A stretch of DNA of 40,124 nt. Source: Candidatus Eiseniibacteriota bacterium (GTDB lineage: Bacteria; Eisenbacteria; RBG-16-71-46; DASYSL01). A program made the translations under genes and the position numbers. The stretch's first letter is position 1. Every line of letters starts with the position of its first letter. The stretch covers positions 1 to 40,124 of the forward strand of contig JANPEF010000002.1 in the NCBI GenBank assembly GCA_031431875.1, in the 5' to 3' direction. Below the pieces are notes generated by a model, which was not told the origin of the DNA, made no database searches, and worked only from the letters and a program-made list of their open reading frames with translations. Of this stretch, positions 27,069-35,538 are shown piece after piece.

Positions 27069-28481
27069 CTACGGGGCCAGCGTGCCGTCCATCTCCGCCA
27101 GCGCGTACATCATGACCGCCATGGCGGCGACATTCTTCCGCAACTCGATCGGATCGACGGCGCTCATCGCGTCGGCCGCGGTGTGGTGCCACTCGAAGTA
27201 GCGGGCCATCGTCGTCACGTGGCCGACGCCCGGCACACCCAGCTTCATGAGGGGCGTGACGTCGGTCCCGGCCTCGCCGGCCTTGAACCGATCGGCGCCG
27301 ATCCCCGCGAACAGCGGCGCGAGGGTGCGCAGTCGCTCGACCGCGAGCGCAGTCTTCGGCACATCGCTCGAGTCGGGGTTCTCGCCGGGGCCGGTGCTTC
27401 GCACCATCGCGTCGAAGCCGACGGGACGCTCGACGCCGCCGTCGGACTCGATCGCGGCGACATGCCGCCGCCGCGGGTCCTTCCCGTAGGTGTTGGCGTA
27501 GGCGTCAGCCCCGCGTGCCCCGTTCTCCTCGTTGGTCCACAGCACGACCCGCACCGTGCGGAGCGGGCGCAGGCCGAGCTCCTTCATCAGGCGCAGCGCC
27601 TCCATCGCGATCACGCAACCGCCGCCGTCGTCGTGCGCGCCCTGGCCCACGTCCCACGAATCGAGGTGACCGCCGGCGACGACGATCTCGTCGGGGCGCT
27701 CGCGGCCGCGCAACTCGGCGATCACGTTGTGCGAGGTTCCGTCGGGCAGCGAGTCGGCCTCCATCTCGAGGTGCACGCGCACCTCCTGTCCCCGGGCGAG
27801 CAGGCGGGCGATCATCTCCGCGTCCTCGAGCGAGATCGCGGCGCCCGGAATGCGCGGGACGCTGTCGCTGTAGGCGCTCATGTTGCCGGTGTGCGGCGTG
27901 CGATGCCCGATCGGCCCGACGGAGCGAACAAGCGACGCGACGGCCCCGCGGCGGGAGGCGGCATCGGCTCCCCGGGTGCGGTAGCGCACGGTCTCGCCAT
28001 AGGTCGTGAAGGGCACGTTCCACAGGACGATCTTTCCGCGCACGGACTCGGCGGGCAGGGCCGCGAGTGCGTCGAAGCTCGACACGGTGAAGACCGGCGC
28101 CGTGATGCCGCCCTTCGGCGTGCCGACGCTCCGGCCGAGGCCGAGCATGGCCATCTCCTCGCGGCGGGGGGCAACGATCGTGGCGCGCTCGCGGCCACGC
28201 ACCCAGCGCGGCACGCGCACCTCCTGCAGCCACACCGAGTCGGCGCCACCGTCGCGCAGCGCTCCGGCGGCCCATGTCACGGCCCGATCGAGCGACGGCG
28301 ATCCCGAGAGACGGTGACCGATCCCGTCGCAGAGTTCGGACAGCCGCGTCCACGCGCGGTCGCTGCCGAGCGCGGCGCCCGTGAGGCGGGCGGCGGCGTC
28401 ATCCAGCGCCGAAGGCGCAGGGTCTGCTTTCTCCGGCGTGGTCACGAGCAGGACGGCGACAAGGAGTGACGAGATCCTCAT
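27069..28481 (-). CDS. M28 family peptidase (carboxypeptidase Q-like) with PA domain, secreted
   Basis: GGAGAG RBS and signal peptide. Motifs IGHRLSGS, GGHLDSWD, GAHDDGGG, WTNEENG, IESDGG and WHHTAAD. Confidence 0.92.
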   Translation of the reverse strand: MRISSLLVAVLLVTTPEKADPAPSALDDAAARLTGAALGSDRAWTRLSELCDGIGHRLSGSPSLDRAVTWAAGALRDGGADSVWLQEVRVPRWVRGRERATIVAPRREEMAMLGLGRSVGTPKGGITAPVFTVSSFDALAALPAESVRGKIVLWNVPFTTYGETVRYRTRGADAASRRGAVASLVRSVGPIGHRTPHTGNMSAYSDSVPRIPGAAISLEDAEMIARLLARGQEVRVHLEMEADSLPDGTSHNVIAELRGRERPDEIVVAGGHLDSWDVGQGAHDDGGGCVIAMEALRLMKELGLRPLRTVRVVLWTNEENGARGADAYANTYGKDPRRRHVAAIESDGGVERPVGFDAMVRSTGPGENPDSSDVPKTALAVERLRTLAPLFAGIGADRFKAGEAGTDVTPLMKLGVPGVGHVTTMARYFEWHHTAADAMSAVDPIELRKNVAAMAVMMYALAEMDGTLAP

Positions 28482-28786
28482 GGGCTCTCCGGGTGCGGGT
28501 CGAGGCGAGACCATCGCACTCTCCCCGCAGTCGAGGCAAGGCTTCCGATTCGGCGCCCGGCCACCAGGCGCATCGCCGGAACCCGTCGCCCGGCGTAGAG
28601 CCCCAGCACGTACTCCCAGCCCAGCGGATACGCGCGCAGCACGGCGAGATGCTGGGATCCGGCCGGCTGCGACACTCCGAGCCCGCGGGTCAACTCGCCG
28701 ACCGATTGCGGCCGCGGGGCGATCCGCTCGTAGACACGACGGCGGGTTGGATCGGCCAGGGCGGAGAGCTGGCGGGCCCCGACGAT
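28478..28786 (-). pseudogene. Remnant ArsR-family HTH fused in-frame to the C-terminal helix of an SRPBCC/Aha1-like protein
   Basis: Manual translation: LSALADPTRRRVYERIAPRPQSVGELTRGLGVSQPAGSQHLAVLRA|YPLGWEYVLGLYAGRR. A GGAGGAGG RBS is followed by ATC rather than ATG. Confidence 0.7.
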
Positions 28787-28942
28787 GTTTCCGACGCCTC
28801 CTCCGGAGGAGCCCCCAGCGCAGCCCCCGGGCGCCTCGGCCTGACCCGCTGGACGGCCCCCCCCGGCGCCGTGCTACGCTTGTCGGGCCCATTCGAGGAT
28901 TGGAATCCCCCAAGGACGGTTGCCGCTCAATCCGGGAGTGCC

Positions 28943-31909
28943 ATGAACGGTCCCATGCCGCCTCGTCGGGCGCCGCGCGTCCATCGTGCCTCGCGCGCCG
29001 CCGCCACGCTCGCGCTGATGTTCTCCCTCGTGCCGGGGCTGCTTGCCGCCTCGACGGGGCCCGAAGACCGTGTGCTCGCGCCGATCCCGGTGCCAGTCTT
29101 GCGGACGGGGTTTCCAGTTGCGGCCAGCACCGCGGCCTTCTCGTATCCGCCTGTGATGGTCGACCTCGACTTCGATGGACGCTCCGAGCTCATCGCCATC
29201 GACGACGACGGCAAGATCTTCGTCGTCCGCAACGACGGTGCGCGGCACGGCGCGTTTCCGAAGAATTTCGGCGTGGCGCCCAGCGGTCCGATCGCGGTCG
29301 GCGACATCGACGGGGACGGATATCTCGAGCTCGTCGCGGTCGGCATCAATGGTCGCGTGCGCATTTTCAGCGACGAGGGAGCAGTCGAGGCGGACCTCGC
29401 CGACCTCCCCTGGGCGCCGGTCGGCGGTGCCGTCCTGACCGAGTTCGACACCAGCGGCAAGCTCGCCATTCTCGTCGTCACGGCCGACGGCACGTTTCAC
29501 GCACTGCGCGGCGAGGGCGGGGAGTTCCCGGGCTGGCCGGTGAACGGGAGCGCGGTCGCCGCGTCGCCCCCCTTCGCCTACATCGGCCCGGACAACTTTC
29601 CACGCGTCGGCTACCTCGGCGCCGCGCCGGATCGGGCGCGGATCTTCTTCACCTACGGCGACCTCGACACCGTGGCGTCGTACACGCCGGCGTCGCCTTT
29701 CTCGGCGGCGCGACCGGTCGCGGGCCTGCGCGCGATGTCACTCGGCTTTCCGGACGCCGAGCACCTGTACTCGTTCACCATGTCCGGGAAGCTGACGCGG
29801 CTCGATCCCGACCTGCTGAACGGCGCGACCGAGATCACGCCGCTGGCGCAGCTCCCGGACGACAGCGTCTTCGTCCAGCCCGCGATGATGGACGCGAACG
29901 GGGACCTCGTTCCCGAGCTTGCGGTGCTGAGCGTCCGCGGTGACACGACGCAGGTGTGGCTGCTCGACGGCGCCTCGGGGAATCCACTCGCCGGATTTCC
30001 TCGGCGCTACCTCGAGGCGCAGCCCGTCGGCGGAATCGTGTGTGCGGACGTGGGCGACAACAACGCGGCAGAAATGATCTTCAATCGCGGTGGCTCGCGC
30101 ATTTCGTGCGTGCGCACGAACGGCACCGAGGCATGGACGCTGAATGGGCTGCCCGCCGTCGCCGGCCCGGCGCTCGGCGACCTCGACGGCGACGGTGGTC
30201 CCGACCTCGCGGTCGTCACCACGACCGGCGACATCTACGCCTACTCGCTGGGTCTCTCCGGGACCGGGCCCAGGGCGATGGAGTGGACGAACGCCGGCGG
30301 ATCGCCGCGGCACGAGGGGCGCCACCAGTTGCGCGACCGCGCGGTCATCCACTCGTTCTGGCCGCCGCCGATCACGCCGGCGGACGCGTTCGTCACCCGG
30401 CCCGTGATGGGCGTGTTCGATGACGACGGTCGTCCCGACGTCCTGTGGAGCGACTACCTGACGGGCAAGACCTGGGGGTTCGCCACCGGCGCCGGTCCGA
30501 TGCCCGGCATGCCACAGACCTACGGTCGCGGCGCCGTGCTCGACGCGCCCGCGGTCGGCGACGTCACCGGCGACGGCATCTACGAGAGCGTGCAGGGCAC
30601 GGCCACCGGCTACCTGGTGTGGGGCAATCGCACCGGCACGACCGACTTCATGCTGATCGACAACGGTCGACAGCTTTCGCCCCCGTCGCTGGCCGACCTC
30701 AACGCCGACGGCGTGCTCGACGTGATCGTCGGCTCCAGCACGGGGCGGCTCTACGCGGCGAACCTGAAGACCAAGACCCTGCTCCCCGGGTTCCCCGTGA
30801 CGACGACCGGTGCGATCGTTCTTCCGGCCGCGCTCGGCGACGTCAACGGCGACGGGCAGACCGACATCGTCGTGGTCGGCGGCCCGCGCACGATCTACGC
30901 GTACCCGCGCACGGGTGCGACGGCGCTCGCGGGCTGGCCTCGCCAGTTCCCCTCGGGCCACACGCTTGGCCAGCCGATCCTCGTGCCGATCGCGGGCCAG
31001 GCGGCCCTTTGCGTCGCGTTCGCGCGCACGACCGGCATCGACTCGGTGACCGCGAGCGTGGTCGGTGCGAGCGGGGCGCCGCTGCCGGGCTGGCCGCGAC
31101 GGCTGTTCAATGCGCTCAACATCCTCAGCGGCCCGGTGGCCGGGCCGTTCGACAACGATGCGACCGTCGACCTCGCATTCGCCACCGGCGGCGACACGGT
31201 GATCGTGTTCAACGCGATCGGCAACCGGCTGCTGACCAAGGCGCTGCCCACGCCGGGCAGCATCGAGCTCGCTGCGATGGTCGACCTCGACCTCGACCTG
31301 CGCCCGGACATCGTCGTCGTCAGCGACGAGTCGGTGCTGATCGGCCTGCGCTACGACGGTCTCTCCGTGCGCTCGTTCACGCGGCTGCAGTTCGGGTTCG
31401 AGGCCGGCGCCACCCCGGCGTTCGGCGACCTGGGCAACGACGGCATCCTCGACATGGCGATCAGCGATCTCGGTTTCCCGCTCGTCTACTCCTGGGGCTC
31501 GGGTTCGTGGAATGCAGATTCGGCGCCATGGCCGATGAAGGGCCACGATCGCTACCGCACGCATGCCTACTCCGGTCCGACCGTGGTCGGCGTCGACGGC
31601 CCGGGAGCCGCGGGTCCGCCCGCCCGCGGCACGGGCACCGTCCGGGCCGTTCCCAACCCGACGCAGGGGGCGATCGCCTTCGCGCACACACGCGCGCTCG
31701 CCGGCGCCTACGAGGCGGCGATCTTCGACGTGCGTGGACGGCGCGTCCGCACGCTCGCCGCGGGGACGCTGCCTGTAGGCGGCGAGGCCGTGACGTGGAC
31801 GTGGGATGGTCGCGACGAGGCGGGGCACGAGGTGCACGCGGGGATCTACTTCTACCGCGTACGCGACGCGGTGGGGACGCTCGGGGAGAAGGTCGTGCGG
31901 CTGCGCTGA
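28943..31909 (+). CDS. Secreted FG-GAP/VCBS repeat beta-propeller protein with C-terminal FlgD-Ig/T9SS-like domain
   Basis: Signal peptide and many DxDxDG..D/E repeats with recurring GWP/GFP motifs. C-terminal PNP...IFDVRGRRVRTL...WDGRDEAG...GIYFYR. Confidence 0.9.
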   Translation: MNGPMPPRRAPRVHRASRAAATLALMFSLVPGLLAASTGPEDRVLAPIPVPVLRTGFPVAASTAAFSYPPVMVDLDFDGRSELIAIDDDGKIFVVRNDGARHGAFPKNFGVAPSGPIAVGDIDGDGYLELVAVGINGRVRIFSDEGAVEADLADLPWAPVGGAVLTEFDTSGKLAILVVTADGTFHALRGEGGEFPGWPVNGSAVAASPPFAYIGPDNFPRVGYLGAAPDRARIFFTYGDLDTVASYTPASPFSAARPVAGLRAMSLGFPDAEHLYSFTMSGKLTRLDPDLLNGATEITPLAQLPDDSVFVQPAMMDANGDLVPELAVLSVRGDTTQVWLLDGASGNPLAGFPRRYLEAQPVGGIVCADVGDNNAAEMIFNRGGSRISCVRTNGTEAWTLNGLPAVAGPALGDLDGDGGPDLAVVTTTGDIYAYSLGLSGTGPRAMEWTNAGGSPRHEGRHQLRDRAVIHSFWPPPITPADAFVTRPVMGVFDDDGRPDVLWSDYLTGKTWGFATGAGPMPGMPQTYGRGAVLDAPAVGDVTGDGIYESVQGTATGYLVWGNRTGTTDFMLIDNGRQLSPPSLADLNADGVLDVIVGSSTGRLYAANLKTKTLLPGFPVTTTGAIVLPAALGDVNGDGQTDIVVVGGPRTIYAYPRTGATALAGWPRQFPSGHTLGQPILVPIAGQAALCVAFARTTGIDSVTASVVGASGAPLPGWPRRLFNALNILSGPVAGPFDNDATVDLAFATGGDTVIVFNAIGNRLLTKALPTPGSIELAAMVDLDLDLRPDIVVVSDESVLIGLRYDGLSVRSFTRLQFGFEAGATPAFGDLGNDGILDMAISDLGFPLVYSWGSGSWNADSAPWPMKGHDRYRTHAYSGPTVVGVDGPGAAGPPARGTGTVRAVPNPTQGAIAFAHTRALAGAYEAAIFDVRGRRVRTLAAGTLPVGGEAVTWTWDGRDEAGHEVHAGIYFYRVRDAVGTLGEKVVRLR

Positions 31910-31916
31910 GGGGGCG

Positions 31917-32279
31917 TCAGTCCCCGCGATAGGTGCAGCGCGAGGTGCACGTCTCGTGCACGGTCAGCGACGTGAGCAGCGGCAAAGTCGGCGCGAGCCG
32001 CTCCCAGATCCAGCGCGCGACGTGCTCCGACGTCGGGTTCGCAAGGCCGTCGACCGTGTTCAGGTCGTGATGATCCAGGCGCAGCCGGATCGGCTCGAAC
32101 GCGTGCGCGATCTCCGCATAGTCCATCACCCATCCGCTCGCCGGATCCACCGGCCCGGTCACCCGCACGGTGACGCGGAACGAGTGCCCGTGCACGCGCC
32201 GGCACTTGTGGTCGGCGGGCACATGCGGCAGGTGGTGTGCGGCCTCGAAGCGGAAGGTCTTCGCCAGTTCCATGTTCAT
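31917..32279 (-). CDS. queD: 6-carboxy-5,6,7,8-tetrahydropterin synthase
   Basis: FRFEAAHHLP, HKCRRVHGHSF, LDHHDLN, NPTSE and VHET motifs. GAGGAG RBS. Confidence 0.95.
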   Translation of the reverse strand: MNMELAKTFRFEAAHHLPHVPADHKCRRVHGHSFRVTVRVTGPVDPASGWVMDYAEIAHAFEPIRLRLDHHDLNTVDGLANPTSEHVARWIWERLAPTLPLLTSLTVHETCTSRCTYRGD

Positions 32280-32312
32280 CGGCTGCGGCTCCTCGTGGCG
32301 GTCAGGCGGCGC

Positions 32313-33032
32313 CTAGACGCCGCGTGCGTTCGGGTCCCAGATCACCTTGTGCATCTGCAACTGGAAGCGGGCCGGCAGGCGGTCCGCCAGCATCCACGCG
32401 ACGACGTCGGACGGCGCCAGCGTGCCGTGGGCGACCGACAGCAGTACCGTGCAACGCTTCGCCAGGTCGTGGTGCGCGATCGCGTCGCGGGCCCACTCGT
32501 AATCGAGGCGATCCGCGAGCACGAACTTCACCTCGTCGCGCGGCCTGAGCAATGCGACGTTCTCCCAGCGGTTGCGCGGCTCCTCGCCGCTGCCCGGGCA
32601 CTTGAGGTCGACGATGCGCACGACGCGGGGGTCGACCTTGCCGATGTCGAGCGCGCCCGCTGTCTCGAGCAGCACCGTGTGGCCACGATCGCACAGCCCG
32701 CTCATCAGCGGGTAGACACCGGGCTGGAGCAGCGGCTCTCCGCCGGTGATCTCGACCAGATCCGTGCCGAACGCATGCACCTCGGCGACGAGGTCGACCA
32801 CGGCACGGCGCGTGCCGGCGTCGAACGCGTGCGGCGTGTCGCACCACGTGCAGCGCAGGTGGCACGCCGACAGTCGCACGAACGCGCACGGCAACCCCGC
32901 CCACGTCGACTCGCCCTGGATCGAGACGTAGGTCTCGTGGACGACCAGCGTGTCGGCCGGGCCGAGGCCGGCGGGCAGGCCGGGGGCATCGGCGGCGGTC
33001 TTGAGGATGGACAGGCGCGAGGCGTCGGACAT
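32313..33032 (-). CDS. queE: 7-carboxy-7-deazaguanine synthase (radical SAM)
   Basis: SIQGES, CHLRCTWCDT (CxxxCxxC), ITGGEPLLQ, DLKCPGSG and QLQMHK. Adjacent to queD. Confidence 0.93.
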   Translation of the reverse strand: MSDASRLSILKTAADAPGLPAGLGPADTLVVHETYVSIQGESTWAGLPCAFVRLSACHLRCTWCDTPHAFDAGTRRAVVDLVAEVHAFGTDLVEITGGEPLLQPGVYPLMSGLCDRGHTVLLETAGALDIGKVDPRVVRIVDLKCPGSGEEPRNRWENVALLRPRDEVKFVLADRLDYEWARDAIAHHDLAKRCTVLLSVAHGTLAPSDVVAWMLADRLPARFQLQMHKVIWDPNARGV

Positions 33033-33038
33033 GCCGGG

Positions 33039-33047
33039 AATCTAGCA
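33039..33047 (-). promoter_or_regulatory. Extended -10 promoter for a probably leaderless queE(D) transcript
   Basis: Minus strand TGcTAGATT, then 6 nt, then ATG. No Shine-Dalgarno sequence in between. Confidence 0.6.
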
Positions 33048-33056
33048 GAGCGCGGC

Positions 33057-33878
33057 CTAGCGGCCGAAGGTGACGCCGAGGCTGAGGTACGAGTCGGGAT
33101 GGTCCCACTCCTGCCCGCGCTCGGACATCCCGTCCGTGTAGCCCAGGTGGATGCGCAGCGCGCGACCGCCGTCGTCGCCCGCGAGCCGCAGCCCGGCCTG
33201 GATCGACTGGTTCACGCGGTACTCGTTCTCGGCCTTCATGCGCAGGTCGACGGCGAGGTAGGGGTCCGCGTGGCGGCCGGCTCGCGTTCCGTTGAGGTCG
33301 GGGCGCAGCTCGCCGCCGGCCTGGAACTGGAACGCCTGCGTCCGGGGATGCGCGCGATAGAAGAAGGCGGGTCCGCCGTAGACGCGGACGTGTGGCCCCG
33401 CCTCCCACGCCCCGAGGGCGCCGATCGACTCGCGCGAGTAGACGATCCGGTTCTCCTCGATGTCGGCCGCCCCGTCGCCGAGGTGCCCGGACCAGTGCGA
33501 GAGCCGGACCCGCCACGCGAATCGATCGTGGCGTCGGCCGGCCCAGAAGCCGAAACTGCCGTCGACGGTCTCGAGCGGAAAGTTGAAGCCCGCCTGCCCC
33601 GAGAACCAGAGCCAGGCCATGCCGTCGAGGCCGATCTCGAGGCCGCCGGTGTCGGCGGTGGCGCTGGAGCGACCGAGCGCGAGCGCGGTGCCGACGCGCC
33701 CCGACCAGTGCGCGTCCTCGACCGCATCGAAGCCGAGCGTCGGCTCACGCGGATCGGCGACGGGCGAGAACGTTTCGCGGTCGGGTGGTAGCCAGGTCCA
33801 CGCGCCGGCTTCGCGCGGCACGAAGGAGAGCAGGATGGCGAAGAGGGCGAGCGGCGCGCGCAGCGAGCGGGGGGCCAT
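33057..33878 (-). CDS. Secreted/outer-membrane beta-barrel-like protein (DUF1207-like)
   Basis: Signal peptide, F.PVADPREP, RLSHWSGHLGD, YSRES and alternating beta strands. Ends SLGVTFGR. Confidence 0.7.
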   Translation of the reverse strand: MAPRSLRAPLALFAILLSFVPREAGAWTWLPPDRETFSPVADPREPTLGFDAVEDAHWSGRVGTALALGRSSATADTGGLEIGLDGMAWLWFSGQAGFNFPLETVDGSFGFWAGRRHDRFAWRVRLSHWSGHLGDGAADIEENRIVYSRESIGALGAWEAGPHVRVYGGPAFFYRAHPRTQAFQFQAGGELRPDLNGTRAGRHADPYLAVDLRMKAENEYRVNQSIQAGLRLAGDDGGRALRIHLGYTDGMSERGQEWDHPDSYLSLGVTFGR

Positions 33879-34605
33879 GGGCGCGCAGTATACACGGCGG
33901 CGCGTGCGGATCCGCGTCGATGCGGCCACGACGGTGTCCGGCGTGCTGGCGGGGCCGAAGGCCCTGCGCGCGACGGCCGCTGCGCCACTGCCTCTGCGCG
34001 GCGTCGCGGTCGTGCTGGGCCACGGCGCGGGTGGGGACATGACGAACGCGTTTCTCTCGGCGGTGCACGAGGGACTGGCGGCGCAGGGTGCGCTCGTCCT
34101 CAAGTTCAACTTCGCGTACACCGAAGCGGGGCGGAAGGCGCCCGACTCGCCGGCACGCCTCCTCGCGACGTATCGCGCCGCGGCCGCGTGGCTGGCGGCG
34201 CAGCCCGCGGTGCGCGGGCGCGCGCTCGTGCTCGGCGGCAAGTCGATGGGCGGGCGGATCGCGTCGCACGTCGTGGCGCTGGGCGATCCCGCGGACGGTC
34301 TCTTGTTCCTCGGCTACCCGCTCCATCCAGCGGGGCAGCCGGAAAAGCTGCGCGATGCGCACCTCGCCGACGTTCGGGTGCCGATGCTGTTCGTCACGGG
34401 AACGCGCGATCCGCTGTGCGAACTCACGCTGCTCCGCCCGGTGCTGGCGAAGCTCGGGCGCCGCGCCACGCTCGTGCTGATCACCGACGGTGACCACTCG
34501 TTCCACGTCCGGAAGTCGACGGGGCGCGACGACGCGGCGGCGACGGCCGAGGTGATTGCGGCGTGTGTGAAGTGGCTCGTGAAAAGATCGGCAAAGCCGT
34601 CCTAG
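33877..34605 (+). CDS. Alpha/beta hydrolase family protein (Abhydrolase_11/KANSL3-like)
   Basis: HGAGG, FNFAY, GGKSMGGR (nucleophile elbow), GYPLHP, GTRDPL and GDHSF. Start uncertain (ATG 33877 or GTG 33904). Confidence 0.88.
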   Translation: MGAQYTRRRVRIRVDAATTVSGVLAGPKALRATAAAPLPLRGVAVVLGHGAGGDMTNAFLSAVHEGLAAQGALVLKFNFAYTEAGRKAPDSPARLLATYRAAAAWLAAQPAVRGRALVLGGKSMGGRIASHVVALGDPADGLLFLGYPLHPAGQPEKLRDAHLADVRVPMLFVTGTRDPLCELTLLRPVLAKLGRRATLVLITDGDHSFHVRKSTGRDDAAATAEVIAACVKWLVKRSAKPS

Positions 34606-35417
34606 AGGCGAACCGTCACCCGCATGAACGTCGCCGGGATTGATGTTCCACCGGCATCGTCGGTGTTCTGTGCCGCGGCCAGGGCGAGCAGCTGCGCTTG
34701 AAGGTCGCCCTCCGTTCCGCTCTTCTGCGCTGCCTCGAACGCGTTCATCGTCGGGCCATAGAAGCGCCGGAAAAGGTCGATGACCTCGGCGGAACTCTTC
34801 TCGGGCGCGACGAAATGGAACGTGTCCTTGACCATCGACACCTGCTCGGCGGCGACACCGGCCTTCCCGAAGCGCTCGAGGATGTGGCTCTCCACGCCCC
34901 ACGTCATCGGGCTGACGAAGCCCTCCGGCGGGGGCGGCGTGAACGACGAGCTGATCTTGAGCAGTTGCGACACGAACGACGTCGGATCGTTCGGGATCCA
35001 GTTACCCATCACGATGCGGCCGCCGTGCTTCGTGACGCGGACCATCTCGGCGGCCGCGTCGAAGGGCCTGGGAGCGAACATCGCGCCGAAGACGGTGAGC
35101 GTGAGGTCGAACGACTGGTCGGGGACGCCTTCCAGCCGGCACGCATCGCCCTCCTGGAACACCAGTCGGTCAAGGCCCGCGGCGTTCGCCCGTCGATTGC
35201 CGGCGGCGACGAGGTTCTCCGCGATGTCGATGCCGACGACCTCGGCTCCGAGGAGCGCGAGCGGAATCGCCGTCGTGCCGTCGCCGCAGCCGAGGTCGAG
35301 CGCCCGCAGGGGCGGCGCGATCCTTAGCGACGCGACGAGGGCCTCGCCCGACGGACGCATCAACGAGGCGATCTCGGTGAAGTCGCCCTTCTCCCATAAT
35401 GCCTTGTTCGGGTTCAT
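34602..35417 (-). CDS. Class I SAM-dependent methyltransferase
   Basis: GAGGAG RBS; MNPNKALWEKGDF, LDLGCGDG, EGDA, FGAMFAP and GGRIVMGNW. Confidence 0.92.
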   Translation of the reverse strand: MNPNKALWEKGDFTEIASLMRPSGEALVASLRIAPPLRALDLGCGDGTTAIPLALLGAEVVGIDIAENLVAAGNRRANAAGLDRLVFQEGDACRLEGVPDQSFDLTLTVFGAMFAPRPFDAAAEMVRVTKHGGRIVMGNWIPNDPTSFVSQLLKISSSFTPPPPEGFVSPMTWGVESHILERFGKAGVAAEQVSMVKDTFHFVAPEKSSAEVIDLFRRFYGPTMNAFEAAQKSGTEGDLQAQLLALAAAQNTDDAGGTSIPATFMRVTVRL

Positions 35418-35538
35418 GATTTCTCCTCTCGAGTCGCGCATGGACCACGGACTGAGCCCGCGCTTTCTGTGGCCTGGAAGTGATGCCTGCGGTCCGCTGC
35501 CGATTGGGATGTCGCGACGAACTCGGGGAAAGGGGCGG

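Noticed and set aside
31917..33032. queD/queE as part of a 7-deazaguanine DNA-modification (dpd) island
   Set aside because: No dpdA/tgt-like, queC or folE genes nearby. The context looks like housekeeping queuosine synthesis.
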